NCBI GenBank assembly: GCA_963812015.1
Contig: CAWETI010000002.1
Coordinates: 1,120,001 to 1,184,000 of the forward strand
Length of the DNA: 64,000 bases
Reading direction: 5' to 3'
Origin: an uncultured delta proteobacterium
Lineage (GTDB): Bacteria > Desulfobacterota > Desulfobaccia > Desulfobaccales > 0-14-0-80-60-11
Part shown: positions 19,625 to 30,901 of the stretch, piece by piece
Layout of the letters: each line of letters opens with the position of its first letter
Position numbering within the stretch: the stretch's first letter is position 1
Notes under the pieces: model-generated
Told to the model about the DNA's origin: nothing
What the model saw: only the letters and a program-made list of their open reading frames with translations
Database searches by the model: none
Program-made: the position numbers and the translations under genes

Positions 19625-21300
19625 CTCCTGCTTCGCGCCGCAAAAACTGGTGGGGGCTGGGACTGGTCCTGACTGTGGTTATCCTGGCGGGATTATACTT
19701 TTCCGGCTTGGTGCCCTTGCCCTTTGGCAAAGCAACCCCGAAGCCCCTCTGTTACGTCTCGCCCAAGAACCCCAATTTCATCAAAGAAGCGCCGGGCAAG
19801 GACCCCGAAGGCCATGACCTGGTGCCGGTCTACGCCACCGGGACCCCGGGCCAGACGGCTCCCCCGGCGGTCGCGCCCCAGGCTCCCCAGGCGGAGCGCA
19901 AGATCAAGTACTGGCACTGCCCCATGCATCCGGAAGTCGTCTCCGAGAAGCCCGGCAAATGCCCGAAGTGCGGCATGGAGCTAGTCCCGATCTATGCAGA
20001 AGCTCCAGCCCCGGCACCCGCCGCCCCGGCTCCGGCCGCCCAGAAAGAGCGGAAGATCAAATACTGGGTGTCACCCATGGACCCCGGCTACGTCCGGGAC
20101 CAGCCCGGGAAAGCCCCCTGCGGCATGGATATGGTGCCGGTCTATGAGGAAGTGGGGGAGGCCGCCGCCGGTGGTGGCGCCATCGCGGTGTCGCCCGCCA
20201 CCATCCAGTCCATGGGGGTGCGCACGGCCAAGGTGGAGGTCAGACCTCTGTCCCGGGACACCCTGACCGTAGGTTTGGTGACGTTGAACGAGCGCAGCCT
20301 GACCGTCGTCAACACCAAGGTGAGCGGCTGGGTGGAGCACCTCTACGTCAATGCCACCGGCGACCCGGTGCGCAAGGGCCAGACACTTTTGAGCATTTAC
20401 AGCCCGGAGCTGGTCTCCACCCAGGAGGAGTACCTGCTGGCCTTAAAGAATCTCCAGGCCATGGGGAAAAGCCCGATTAAAGATCTGGCGGAAGGGGCCC
20501 AGCGCCTGGCCGCGGCCTCCCGCCGCCGTCTGCAGCTCTTCGATATCACCCCGGCCCAAATCGCCGACCTGGAGACGACCGGAAAAGTGAGAAAAAATCT
20601 GGCCCTGGTCTCGCCCGCCAACGGTATCGTCATGAAGCGCATGGTTACCCAGGGGATGTACGTCCAGGCGGGCATGCCCCTGTTGGAGGTGGCCGATCTT
20701 TCCACCATCTGGGTGGATGCCGACGTTTACCAGTACGAGCTGCCCTGGATCAAGGTGGGGCAGCCGGTGGAAATGACCTTGGACTATTTGCCCGGGGAGG
20801 CCTTCCCGGGAAAAATCGACTACATCTACCCCTATTTCAAGGAGGCCACCCGCACCGCCAGGGTTCGCCTGCGGTTCCCGAACCCGAGTCTCAAGCTCAA
20901 GCCGGACATGTTCGCCTCGGTCAAGATCAAATCGCCGGCGACCCATGAAGCGGTGGTGGTGCCCCTGGAAGCCGTGCTGGACACCGGCCTCAAACAGCAC
21001 GTTTTCATCGCCCTGGGCCAGGGCCGCTTCGAGCCCCGGGAAGTGAAACTGGGAGTCTACGGCAACGACAATCATTACCGCGAGGTCCTCTCCGGCCTGA
21101 AGGGCGGGGAAGAGATCGTCACGTCGGCGCAATTCCTGCTGGATTCCGAATCCCGCTTCCGGGAGGCCATCCAGATGATGCTGACGCCGCAAGGGACGCC
21201 GGAGCAGGGCGAGGCCCCGCCGCCGGCCATGCCCGGGATGCAGATGGAAGGCCAGAAAGCCGCCCCGCCGGCCCCCATGCCTCCGGGCCACAAACATTGA
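19621..21300 (+). CDS. cusB: CusB-type periplasmic adaptor with three heavy-metal-binding repeats
   Basis: ATGA overlap with the OMF stop. Motifs YWHCPMHP...GKCPKCGM, YWVSPMDP...CGMDM, YSPELVSTQEEY, LKPDMF, AQFLLDSES. Confidence 0.9.
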   Translation: MTPASRRKNWWGLGLVLTVVILAGLYFSGLVPLPFGKATPKPLCYVSPKNPNFIKEAPGKDPEGHDLVPVYATGTPGQTAPPAVAPQAPQAERKIKYWHCPMHPEVVSEKPGKCPKCGMELVPIYAEAPAPAPAAPAPAAQKERKIKYWVSPMDPGYVRDQPGKAPCGMDMVPVYEEVGEAAAGGGAIAVSPATIQSMGVRTAKVEVRPLSRDTLTVGLVTLNERSLTVVNTKVSGWVEHLYVNATGDPVRKGQTLLSIYSPELVSTQEEYLLALKNLQAMGKSPIKDLAEGAQRLAAASRRRLQLFDITPAQIADLETTGKVRKNLALVSPANGIVMKRMVTQGMYVQAGMPLLEVADLSTIWVDADVYQYELPWIKVGQPVEMTLDYLPGEAFPGKIDYIYPYFKEATRTARVRLRFPNPSLKLKPDMFASVKIKSPATHEAVVVPLEAVLDTGLKQHVFIALGQGRFEPREVKLGVYGNDNHYREVLSGLKGGEEIVTSAQFLLDSESRFREAIQMMLTPQGTPEQGEAPPPAMPGMQMEGQKAAPPAPMPPGHKH

Positions 21301-21316
21301 TGAGCGCCACTAAGCC

Positions 21317-24300
21317 ATGATCGCCAAAATTATCGAAGCCTGCGTTCGCAACCGGGTCCTGGTGCTCATTGTTTGGCTCCTGGTCACCGTCTGGGGCATT
21401 TACGCCGCCTTGAGCATCCCGGTGGACGCCATCCCCGACCTCTCCGACGTCCAGGTTATCATCCGCACCGATTTTCCCGAACAGGCCCCCCAGATCATCG
21501 AGGACCAGGTGACTTATCCCTTGACCACCGCCATGCTGGCGGTGCCCGGGGCCAAGGTGGTGCGAGGCTTTTCCCAATTCGGCCTGTCCCTGGTTTATGT
21601 GATCTTCGAAGACGGCACCGATATTTACTGGGCCCGTTCCCGGGTGCTGGAATATCTCAACTATGTCCGGGGCAAACTGCCCGCGGCCGTGAACCCCACC
21701 CTGGGCCCCGATGCCACCGGGGTGGGCTGGGTCTTTGAATACGCCCTGGAAGACCCCACCGGCAAACATGACCTGGCCCAGCTCCGCAGCATCCAGGATT
21801 GGTACCTGCGCTATCAGTTGCAAACCGTCCCCGGGGTCTCGGAAGTGGCCAGCGTCGGCGGTTTTGTCAAACAGTACCAGGTGGTGGTGGACCCCAACCA
21901 GCTGGCGGCTTACAAGGTCCCCCTGTCCAAAATTAAGATGGCCATTCAGCGCTCCAACCAGGATACCGGGGGGGCGTCGATCGAAAAAGCCGAAACCGAG
22001 TTCATGGTCAGGGCCCTGGGCTACATCAAGACCATGGCCGACGTCGAAAACATTGTGGTGGGCACCGACGGGAAGGGGACCCCCATCTTGGTGAAAGACG
22101 TGGGGCTGGTCCGCATGGGCCCGGAACTGCGGCGGGGTATTACCGAGGCCAACGGCCAGGGCGAGGTGGTGGGCGGCATCGTGGTGATGCGCTTTGGCGA
22201 AAATGCCCGGCAGGTCATCAATGGCGTCAAACAGAAATTGGCGGATCTCAAGTCCGGGCTGCCCCCGGGGGTACAGGTGGTCACCGCTTACGACCGCTCC
22301 GGATTAATCCAGCGGGCCATCGACACCTTAAAAAGGACCATCACCGAAGAAATCATCATTGTCTCTTTGGTCTGCTTTGTCTTTCTCCTGCACGTGCGCA
22401 GCGCCATCGTGGCCATCATCAGCCTGCCCCTGGGAGTGCTCATCTCCCTGATCCTGCAATATCAATTCAATATTAACGCCAACATCTTGAGCCTGGCGGG
22501 GATTGCCATCGCCATCGGCGCCATGGTGGACGCCTCGGTGGTGATGGTGGAAAACGCCCACAAGCACATCGAGCACGCCCCCCCCGATGCGCCTCGGGAG
22601 CCCCTCATCCTGGAGGCCGCCAAGGAAGTGGGGCCTTCCCTGTTCTTCGCCATCCTGGTGCTCACCGTCTCGTTTTTGCCCATCTTCGCCCTGAGTGGGG
22701 AAACCGGCCGCCTGTTCCGGCCCCTGGCCTTCACCAAGACCTTTGCCATGGGCGGATCCGCCATCCTGGCCATCACCCTGATCCCCATCCTCATGATCTA
22801 CTTCATCCGGGGCAAGATCATCCCGGACATGGAAAACCCGGTGGCCCGGGCCACCATGGTGGTCTACCGGCCGGTAGTCCGCTGGATCATGCGGGCTCCC
22901 AAGACCGCCATCCTCCTGGCCTGTCTCGCCATGGCGGCCACCGTCTATCCCCTGATGCACCTGGGCTCCGAGTTTATGCCGCCTCTGGATGAGGGGGACC
23001 TGCTGTATATGCCCACCACCATGCCGGGCATCTCCATCACCGGGGCGAAAAACGTCCTCCAGCAGACGGACCGCATCATCCGGACCTTCCCCGAGGTGGA
23101 GTACGTCTTCGGCAAGGCCGGCCGGGCCGAAACCGCCACGGACCCCGCGCCCCTGAGCATGATTGAAACCACCATCCGCCTCAAGGATCGCAAATTCTGG
23201 CGCCCGGGCCTGACCACGGAAGCCCTCATCCGGGAGATGGATGCAGCGGTGAAATTTCCCGGGCTGGCCAATTCCTGGGGCTATCCCATCAAGATCCGCA
23301 TCGATATGCTCTCCACCGGCATCAAGACCCCGGTGGGTCTCAAATTTTTAGGCGCGGACCTGGACGTCTTGAACCGCCTGGCGGTGGAGGCCGAGGCCAT
23401 TTTAAAAGACGTGCCCGGCACGGCCAGCGCCTTCGCCGAACGCGTCACCGGGGGTTATTATCTCGACTTTATCATCAAGCGCCGGGAGGCGGCCCGCTAC
23501 GGCCTGACGGTGGGAGATGTCCAGGAAGTCATTACCAGCGCGGTGGGCGGGGAAAATATCACCCAGACCGTGGAGGGCCTGGAGCGCTACCCGGTGAATT
23601 TGCGCTACTTCCAGGATTACCGCCAAAACCTGCCGGCCCTGCGCCGCATCCTCATCAGTACGCCCGACGGGGGCCAGGTGCCCGTGGAGCAGGTCGCCGA
23701 CATTCAGGTCCACCAGGGCGCCGACATGATCAAGAGTGAAGGCTCCCGGCGAGCCGCCTGGGTCTTCGTCGATCTTCATGATATCGACGTGGGCACCTAT
23801 GTCCAGAAAGCCAAGGAAGTCATCGCCGCCCGGTTGAAGATTCCCGCCGGCTACAGTCTCATTTGGAGCGGCCAGTACGAATACATGGAGGCCGCCAGAA
23901 AACGGCTGCAAATCATCATCCCCATAACCCTGGTCCTGGTCTTCCTGCTCCTCTACCTGAACACCCACTCCCTCATCAAGGTCGGCATCGTCATGCTGGC
24001 GGTGCCCTTTTCTCTGCTGGGGGCCATCTGGCTCCTCTATCTCCTGGGCTACCACCTCAGTGTGGGGGTGGTCGTGGGGATGCTGGCCCTGGCGGGCCTG
24101 GACGCGGAGACCGGGGTCCTCATGCTCCTGTACCTGGATATCGCCCACGACCAGCGGCAGGCGGCGGGGCTGATGAATACCGAACAAGATCTGCGGGATG
24201 CCATTGAGCACGGCGCGGTCATGCGGGTGCGCCCGAAGCACATGACTATCCTGGCTAATTTGCTGGGCCTGCTTCCCATCATGTGGGCCTCCGGCACCGG

Positions 24301-24445
24301 CTCCGAAGTGGCCAAGCGCATCGCCGCCCCCATGGTGGGAGGCGTGGCCACCTCGTATCTCCTGGAACTGCTCATCTATCCGGCTATCTATTTGCTGTGG
24401 AAGCGGCACACTGACCTAAAGAAACCACGATCCCCCGCCGCCTAA
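21317..24445 (+). CDS. cusA: CusA/SilA-family Cu(I)/Ag(I) RND permease
   Basis: DAIPDLSDVQVI, EDQVTYPL, GAMVDA, LYMPTT, DPAPLSM, RIDMLSTG. Confidence 0.95.
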   Translation: MIAKIIEACVRNRVLVLIVWLLVTVWGIYAALSIPVDAIPDLSDVQVIIRTDFPEQAPQIIEDQVTYPLTTAMLAVPGAKVVRGFSQFGLSLVYVIFEDGTDIYWARSRVLEYLNYVRGKLPAAVNPTLGPDATGVGWVFEYALEDPTGKHDLAQLRSIQDWYLRYQLQTVPGVSEVASVGGFVKQYQVVVDPNQLAAYKVPLSKIKMAIQRSNQDTGGASIEKAETEFMVRALGYIKTMADVENIVVGTDGKGTPILVKDVGLVRMGPELRRGITEANGQGEVVGGIVVMRFGENARQVINGVKQKLADLKSGLPPGVQVVTAYDRSGLIQRAIDTLKRTITEEIIIVSLVCFVFLLHVRSAIVAIISLPLGVLISLILQYQFNINANILSLAGIAIAIGAMVDASVVMVENAHKHIEHAPPDAPREPLILEAAKEVGPSLFFAILVLTVSFLPIFALSGETGRLFRPLAFTKTFAMGGSAILAITLIPILMIYFIRGKIIPDMENPVARATMVVYRPVVRWIMRAPKTAILLACLAMAATVYPLMHLGSEFMPPLDEGDLLYMPTTMPGISITGAKNVLQQTDRIIRTFPEVEYVFGKAGRAETATDPAPLSMIETTIRLKDRKFWRPGLTTEALIREMDAAVKFPGLANSWGYPIKIRIDMLSTGIKTPVGLKFLGADLDVLNRLAVEAEAILKDVPGTASAFAERVTGGYYLDFIIKRREAARYGLTVGDVQEVITSAVGGENITQTVEGLERYPVNLRYFQDYRQNLPALRRILISTPDGGQVPVEQVADIQVHQGADMIKSEGSRRAAWVFVDLHDIDVGTYVQKAKEVIAARLKIPAGYSLIWSGQYEYMEAARKRLQIIIPITLVLVFLLLYLNTHSLIKVGIVMLAVPFSLLGAIWLLYLLGYHLSVGVVVGMLALAGLDAETGVLMLLYLDIAHDQRQAAGLMNTEQDLRDAIEHGAVMRVRPKHMTILANLLGLLPIMWASGTGSEVAKRIAAPMVGGVATSYLLELLIYPAIYLLWKRHTDLKKPRSPAA

Positions 24446-24604
24446 ACCTGTCCGCCCCCACGGGAAAAGGCCTTTGGGGCCCCTGGGGCGAGTAAAACCT
24501 GCGCCGCGCCGGCCTCTTGCGCTGCCGAAAAAAACGCCTAACATATAAACAACCGACCGGGCCCTGCCCCACTGTGATACCCGGTCTCTCCCCAGAAAAC
24601 GCGC

Positions 24605-25021
24605 ATGAAGCAGATTATCGCGACGCTATTGGTGATCGTCTGCCTGTGGCCCCCACTGGTCGGGTTGGCCCAGGAAGCGGACCGGAGTTCCCCTCCGCCC
24701 CTTAACCTGCCGGACCTGGGGCCGCCCACCCCTGAGATGCTCAGAGAAATGATGGAGCTATGGCGGAAAATGGGCCCTGAATTCCCCCTCAATGCCCCGA
24801 TGCTCCAGGGGTTGGAGGAGTTGGCCAAGGCAGGCCGCCTGACGCCGGAAGCCCGGCAAAAGTTGGCGGATTTAGGCAGGCGGATGGAACGGTTGGCCAC
24901 CGAGAATTTTTCCCCTGCCGACCCCCAAAACCAGCAGCATTACCAGGACTTGATCAACCAGATGCAGAGGCTGATCCAGGGGGTGGAAAATGCCGATAAG
25001 ACCGGGACAGGCTGCCAATAA
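24605..25021 (+). CDS. Hypothetical exported helical protein, Met-containing
   Basis: Signal peptide MKQIIATLLVIVCLWPPLVGLA; lies downstream of cusA. Confidence 0.7.
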   Translation: MKQIIATLLVIVCLWPPLVGLAQEADRSSPPPLNLPDLGPPTPEMLREMMELWRKMGPEFPLNAPMLQGLEELAKAGRLTPEARQKLADLGRRMERLATENFSPADPQNQQHYQDLINQMQRLIQGVENADKTGTGCQ

Positions 25022-25087
25022 TTTCCCGGATGAGCGTGCTCCGGCCAGGCCCGGAGACTGAAAGCCGATTAGGAGGACAAAATCCAC

Positions 25088-25615
25088 GTGAAAAAAATCA
25101 TGGTAGTTCTGGTGATGGCCATTTCCCTGGCCCTGGTCTGCCCGACGCTGGCCCAGACCGGTCCCGGGGGCGGCATGGGCCCCGGCGGCGGGGGGCCCGG
25201 TATGGGCCCGGGAGGTGGCATGGGCGCCCGACTCTACAACCCTCAGACCGTCACCACGGTCACGGGACAGGTGGAAAAACTGGAAGAACTGCCCAGCATG
25301 GGGCGGGGCGGCGGCATGGGCATGCATTACCGGGGTGTGCTCCTGAAGACGGACCAGGGAAGCCTCATGGTGCACCTGGGGCCCGGCTGGTATGTGGCCG
25401 ACCAGAAGTTCGTGGTTAAGGCCGGGGATACCCTTGAGGCCACCGGTTCCAAGGTGACCCTGAACAACCAGCCGGCCATTATAGCCCGGGAGGTTAAGGT
25501 GGAGGGCAAGACCTTGAAACTCCGGGACGATCAGGGGCTGCCGGTGTGGCGCGGCATGGGCCGCGGTCCCGGCGGGCCGGGCATGGGGCCAGGCAAGGGG
25601 CCCGGCGGGATGTAA
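25088..25615 (+). CDS. Exported Gly/Met-rich protein with an OB-fold-like core
   Basis: AGGAGG RBS, signal peptide, GMGPG repeats at both ends, core YNPQTVTTVTG...VHLGPGWY...LRDDQGLPVW. Confidence 0.8.
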   Translation: MKKIMVVLVMAISLALVCPTLAQTGPGGGMGPGGGGPGMGPGGGMGARLYNPQTVTTVTGQVEKLEELPSMGRGGGMGMHYRGVLLKTDQGSLMVHLGPGWYVADQKFVVKAGDTLEATGSKVTLNNQPAIIAREVKVEGKTLKLRDDQGLPVWRGMGRGPGGPGMGPGKGPGGM

Positions 25616-25720
25616 TCCCTGCCCCGGGTCGTTCACATCGCCTCAAGAGCGGTTCCGGGGCGGGTGGCCCGTCAAGTCGCAGAAGCTATGAGTCGGATCA
25701 AGCCAGTTCCGGCCTGACCT

Positions 25721-25942
25721 GTGAGGCAACAGGTGATGACCAGGCGATGCTGGGGAGTATTAGGACTGTTGCTGGTAGTGCCGGTGACGCTCCTGGCAGG
25801 GTGCGCTCCTGAAACGGCCTACCGGGGCGCCGCTGCCGACGAATCATACATCACCGATGTCCCTCCCTCTTTTTACGACAATGACCCGGCCTTGAGGCAT
25901 TGGTTCACCGCCCCCTATTGGATGCCTGATGCCGGTCCGTAA
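25721..25942 (+). CDS. Small lipoprotein
   Basis: Hydrophobic stretch ending in the lipobox LLAGC. Confidence 0.6.
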   Translation: MRQQVMTRRCWGVLGLLLVVPVTLLAGCAPETAYRGAAADESYITDVPPSFYDNDPALRHWFTAPYWMPDAGP

Positions 25943-26019
25943 GCCTTGGTTTCGGGTGGGGCCGGGTGCCGAGTCAGAGACCGGCTCCACTCCTCAGGGG
26001 AAATTGGTGTGATGGCGCC

Positions 26020-26436
26020 TTAGCCGGTCATGAGGGGAGAAAGATAGGTGCATCCCTGCCTGAGGGTCTTAATCGCTGATAAGAGCTCTTTGTCCACTTC
26101 GTCCTTGAGGAGATAACCCTCGGCCCCGGCCAACCTGGCCTGATCCGCATATTCCGGCCGGTTGTGCAGGGTCAGGATCAACACCTTGATCTCGGGATGG
26201 CTCGCCTTGATCATCCGGGTCGCTTCGAGGCCCCCCAGATACGGCATGGAAATATCTAGGATAATGAGTTGGGGGGTCCAGTGTTTCAAGCATTCCAGGA
26301 GTTCCAGCCCGTCCTGTAATTCCCCCACCACCCGCATCTCGGCATTTTCTTCAATGATTTTTCTGACCCCTTGACGTAGCAGGGGATGATCATCCACCAG
26401 CAAAATCTCATAAAAAAATGGCGTGACCTTACACAT
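26020..26436 (-). CDS. NarL-type receiver domain without an HTH
   Basis: LVDDHP, ILDISMP and GYLLKD; ends at YLSPLMTG, where the linker to the HTH would begin. Confidence 0.85.
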   Translation of the reverse strand: MCKVTPFFYEILLVDDHPLLRQGVRKIIEENAEMRVVGELQDGLELLECLKHWTPQLIILDISMPYLGGLEATRMIKASHPEIKVLILTLHNRPEYADQARLAGAEGYLLKDEVDKELLSAIKTLRQGCTYLSPLMTG

Positions 26437-26494
26437 ACCGTTGCCCCTGGCATACGCCCCGGCCTGAGTCGAACTAACCCTTGTATGTTAAAGG

Positions 26495-27651
<1,157 letters not shown>

Positions 27652-27777
27652 CATCTAACACAGTCGCTCTCCCCCATTGGGGGAGAGGGGATGAGGCCGG
27701 AACGCATCTGGCGCCCCGATTAATAATCCAGAAATTATTTTTTCCCCAGAAACTCATAACCAAAACTAACAAATGCC

Positions 27778-30351
27778 TTAGCCCGCGGCGGCTTCTTGGG
27801 GGCGGAGGCACTTGAGGCTGTAGTCGGCGGTCTTGAAGGCGTTCAGGACGCGGTCCATGACCGCGTCGGAGGACAGGGCCAGGTCAAGCTGGCGGCAGAA
27901 GGCGATGAGCAGCCCGGCCAGCTCCAGGGCCTGCTCCGTTTCCAGGAGGGAGAGCTTGACCAGCCGGCCCTGGACCAGGTCCCCCTTGGCCTGGGCCTTG
28001 AAGCCCAGGTCGTCCAGGAGCTGCTTGACCAGGCGGGCCCGGCGCTCCCGGCGGTCGATTTGGGCGGCCCCGCCCTTGAACTGGAAGCTGATGTAATTGT
28101 CGTTTTTCTCCTCGGAGATGAAGGCGTCGACGATGCCGAAATGGTAGCCGATCCGGGAGTTGAAATTGAGGTAGGACTCGGTGACGATGGCGAAGCTCTT
28201 GCCCCCCAGGCCCCGCTCCGCCTTGGCGGTGTCGTACATGGTGTTGGCGAAGACCGAGATGAAGCCCTTGAGGTCCGGGGCCACCTGGCCGGCCCAACTC
28301 ACCCCGGGGTGGTGAAAGCCCCGGAGGAGGGCCTTAAAGGGCCGGCTGAGGATGTCGTCCTCGGTCACCTGGTCCTGGCCCGTGACTCTTAAGCCGCCCC
28401 CCAGGTCCAGGATGAACAGGTTCAGGGGCAGGTCGGTCTTTAGGCGGCTGACGCGGTTGGATTCCAGGGCTTTTTCCATGTCCGGGATGAACATGGCGTC
28501 CATGGCCTTTTCGTGGCAGAACCGGGTGATGTCGTGGAGGGTGCTGCAGTTGGCGGCCTTAAACTCCGGGCTGCCGGGGTCGAGGAGATGCAATCGGGAA
28601 ATGAGCTTCAAGATGCGGCGCAATTTTTTATAAACCGGGTCGGCGTGCCATTCTTCATCAGGCTCCACCCGGCGGGCCAGCAGTTCGGGCATGAGGCCGG
28701 GATAAATTAGGGCGGCGTCGGCATCCACGGTCACCAGTTGGCCGGAGTGAAGGATCTTGGTGGCGCCGCCCACCTCGACCAGGGTGGGAATCCGGAACTC
28801 CCGGGCCAGGATGGTCATGTGGTCAGTGGGACTCCCCACTTCGGTGATGATGGCGGCAATGCGATCCATGACCAGCACCAGGCGGGCCGAAGGCTGCCTG
28901 GCCACCACCACCGCCCCCGGGGGAATGCTGCCCACATCTTCATCGTAGAGAAAGTGGTGGACCCGGCCGGCGGCCACGCCGCCCACCGCCCGGATGCCAT
29001 AGTGCAGGATGGGGGGGACCATGGGTTCCGGGACGGGGGGGCGCTCTTCTTCGGCAAAGGCCGCGGCGTGGACCCGGAGGGGCCGGGATTGCAGGATGAT
29101 GAGGTTGCCCGCCTCCCCCACGGTCCACTCAATATCCTGGGGGTGGCCGAAATGCTCCTCCAATTCCAGGGCGATATCCGCCAGGGTCCGGACCTGGTCG
29201 TCGGTGAGGCAGGGGGCCTGGGCCTGCTCGGGGGCCAGGACAATTTCCTCCACCCCCCCCTCCGGGCCGCAGGCGAGGGCCACGGGTTTTTCGGCCACCC
29301 GCCGGCTGGTGATGGGGCGGGGTTCCCGGCGGCTCACCGTGAACAGGTCGGGGGATACGGTGCCGTCCACCGCGTATTTGCCCAGGCCCCACACCGCCGA
29401 AATCAGCACGGTGTCGTCCTGGGGGGCGTGGGGGTCCAGGGAAAACATGACACCGCTGGCCCGGGCCGGGACCATGGCGAGGACGCCCACGGCCATGGGG
29501 AGCTCATTGACGGAAAACTGCTGGTACTTCCAGTAGAAAATGGCCCGGGAGGTGAACTTGCTGGCCACAATCTCCTTGTAGTGCTCGGGTAAAGAGGCGG
29601 CGTCGACGTTGAGGAGGGTGGCAAACTGGCCGGCAAAAGAAAATTCGGTGTCTTCCCCCACGGCGCTGGACCGCACCGCCAGCCAGGGGGTGGGCAGGGA
29701 CCGGCCCGCCTGGACGATGGCTTCTTCCAGGTCCAGGGGGAGGGGGGCCTGGCGCACCATGGCCTGCAACTCCTGGCTGATGACCCTGAGGCTGTCCAGG
29801 TCTTGGATGTTGGCCTGGGAGAGCATCGCTTCCAGGTCGGCCGCCAGGCTGGTGGATTCGAGAAAGCGCTTGTAGGCCGCCGCGGTAATGGCAAAGCCCT
29901 GGGGCACCGGCATACCGATGCGGTTGCCGATCTCCCCCAGGTTGGCCATCTTACCCCCCACCGCCGGGGCCAATTCCTGGTTCAGGGCTGACAGGGGCAG
30001 GATAAAGGGGGTATCCGGGATGGTGGGGACCGCTTCCAGGACCTCGTGGAGTTCTTGCCGCAGGCGGTTACAGATGGGAACCAAGTCGTTTTGATAACGA
30101 TTATTGGTGAGCAGGTTGAGGGAAGCCACCATGCCGGCGACCTGCTCGCCCAACTTATCCACCTGGGCATAGAGATAGCTGGAGTCGAAGACGTAATCGC
30201 CGGAAAGTTTTTCTTCCATGTCCGCCATGGTTTCCAGGGCATGGTTGTTGTTGTCCAGGAGGCGGCGGAAATGGATGAATTTTTCCTGCAAGCGGACCTG
30301 TTCCGTCTCTTCAGGTTCTTTGAGAAAGCGCCGCAGGAATTTGAAAACCAT
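27778..30351 (-). CDS. PEP synthase/PPDK-like protein A (ATP-grasp, phospho-His swivel, uncharacterised C-terminal domain)
   Basis: GGKMANLGE, AVRSSAVGED..SFAGQF, QDIEW, LQSRP, GSPTDHMTILARE. No recognisable PEP/pyruvate TIM barrel. Start MVFKF follows GGAG. Confidence 0.9.
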   Translation of the reverse strand: MVFKFLRRFLKEPEETEQVRLQEKFIHFRRLLDNNNHALETMADMEEKLSGDYVFDSSYLYAQVDKLGEQVAGMVASLNLLTNNRYQNDLVPICNRLRQELHEVLEAVPTIPDTPFILPLSALNQELAPAVGGKMANLGEIGNRIGMPVPQGFAITAAAYKRFLESTSLAADLEAMLSQANIQDLDSLRVISQELQAMVRQAPLPLDLEEAIVQAGRSLPTPWLAVRSSAVGEDTEFSFAGQFATLLNVDAASLPEHYKEIVASKFTSRAIFYWKYQQFSVNELPMAVGVLAMVPARASGVMFSLDPHAPQDDTVLISAVWGLGKYAVDGTVSPDLFTVSRREPRPITSRRVAEKPVALACGPEGGVEEIVLAPEQAQAPCLTDDQVRTLADIALELEEHFGHPQDIEWTVGEAGNLIILQSRPLRVHAAAFAEEERPPVPEPMVPPILHYGIRAVGGVAAGRVHHFLYDEDVGSIPPGAVVVARQPSARLVLVMDRIAAIITEVGSPTDHMTILAREFRIPTLVEVGGATKILHSGQLVTVDADAALIYPGLMPELLARRVEPDEEWHADPVYKKLRRILKLISRLHLLDPGSPEFKAANCSTLHDITRFCHEKAMDAMFIPDMEKALESNRVSRLKTDLPLNLFILDLGGGLRVTGQDQVTEDDILSRPFKALLRGFHHPGVSWAGQVAPDLKGFISVFANTMYDTAKAERGLGGKSFAIVTESYLNFNSRIGYHFGIVDAFISEEKNDNYISFQFKGGAAQIDRRERRARLVKQLLDDLGFKAQAKGDLVQGRLVKLSLLETEQALELAGLLIAFCRQLDLALSSDAVMDRVLNAFKTADYSLKCLRPQEAAAG

Positions 30352-30475
30352 AATTACTCCGTGAGCGGTGAACAGTGAGCCGTGAGGAGGTTGTGGGCGG
30401 CACCGGCCTCCTGGCCGGTGAGACGTACGGCAGAGCAGGAGTAGGCCCACATGATCTGGTTCTCCTGCTGAGCGT

Positions 30476-30880
30476 TCACTGTTTCTTCAGGGCCGCCAGT
30501 TCTCCCTGCATCCGCTTCCACTCCAGGGCCCGCTTGATGGTGATGAGGATGGTCTCCTTGCGGAAGGGCTTGGTGATAAAATCGTAGGCGCCCTTCTGGA
30601 TGGCCTCTTCGGCGGTTTCAATGGTGCCGTAGGCGGTTATCACAATAATGGGCATGGTGGCGTCGATGGCTTTGACAATGCCGATGAGGTCGAGGCCATC
30701 CACCAGGGGCATTTTAAGATCGGTGATCACCAGGTCGTGATGACCTTCCTGGAGCAATTTGCTCACTTCCAGGGGATTATTGGTCGTGGTGACCTCATAG
30801 CCGGTCTTATCCATCAGGATCGTTTTCAGCAACCTGAGCATATTGGGCTCATCGTCAACGACCAGTATCCTCTCCGACAT
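30476..30880 (-). CDS. Single-domain NtrC-type response regulator
   Basis: VVDDE, ITDLKMP, ITAYG and KPF; stops after the receiver and a short helix. Confidence 0.93.
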   Translation of the reverse strand: MSERILVVDDEPNMLRLLKTILMDKTGYEVTTTNNPLEVSKLLQEGHHDLVITDLKMPLVDGLDLIGIVKAIDATMPIIVITAYGTIETAEEAIQKGAYDFITKPFRKETILITIKRALEWKRMQGELAALKKQ

Positions 30881-30901
30881 GTTCTCCTCCTGCTGACTTC
30901 C

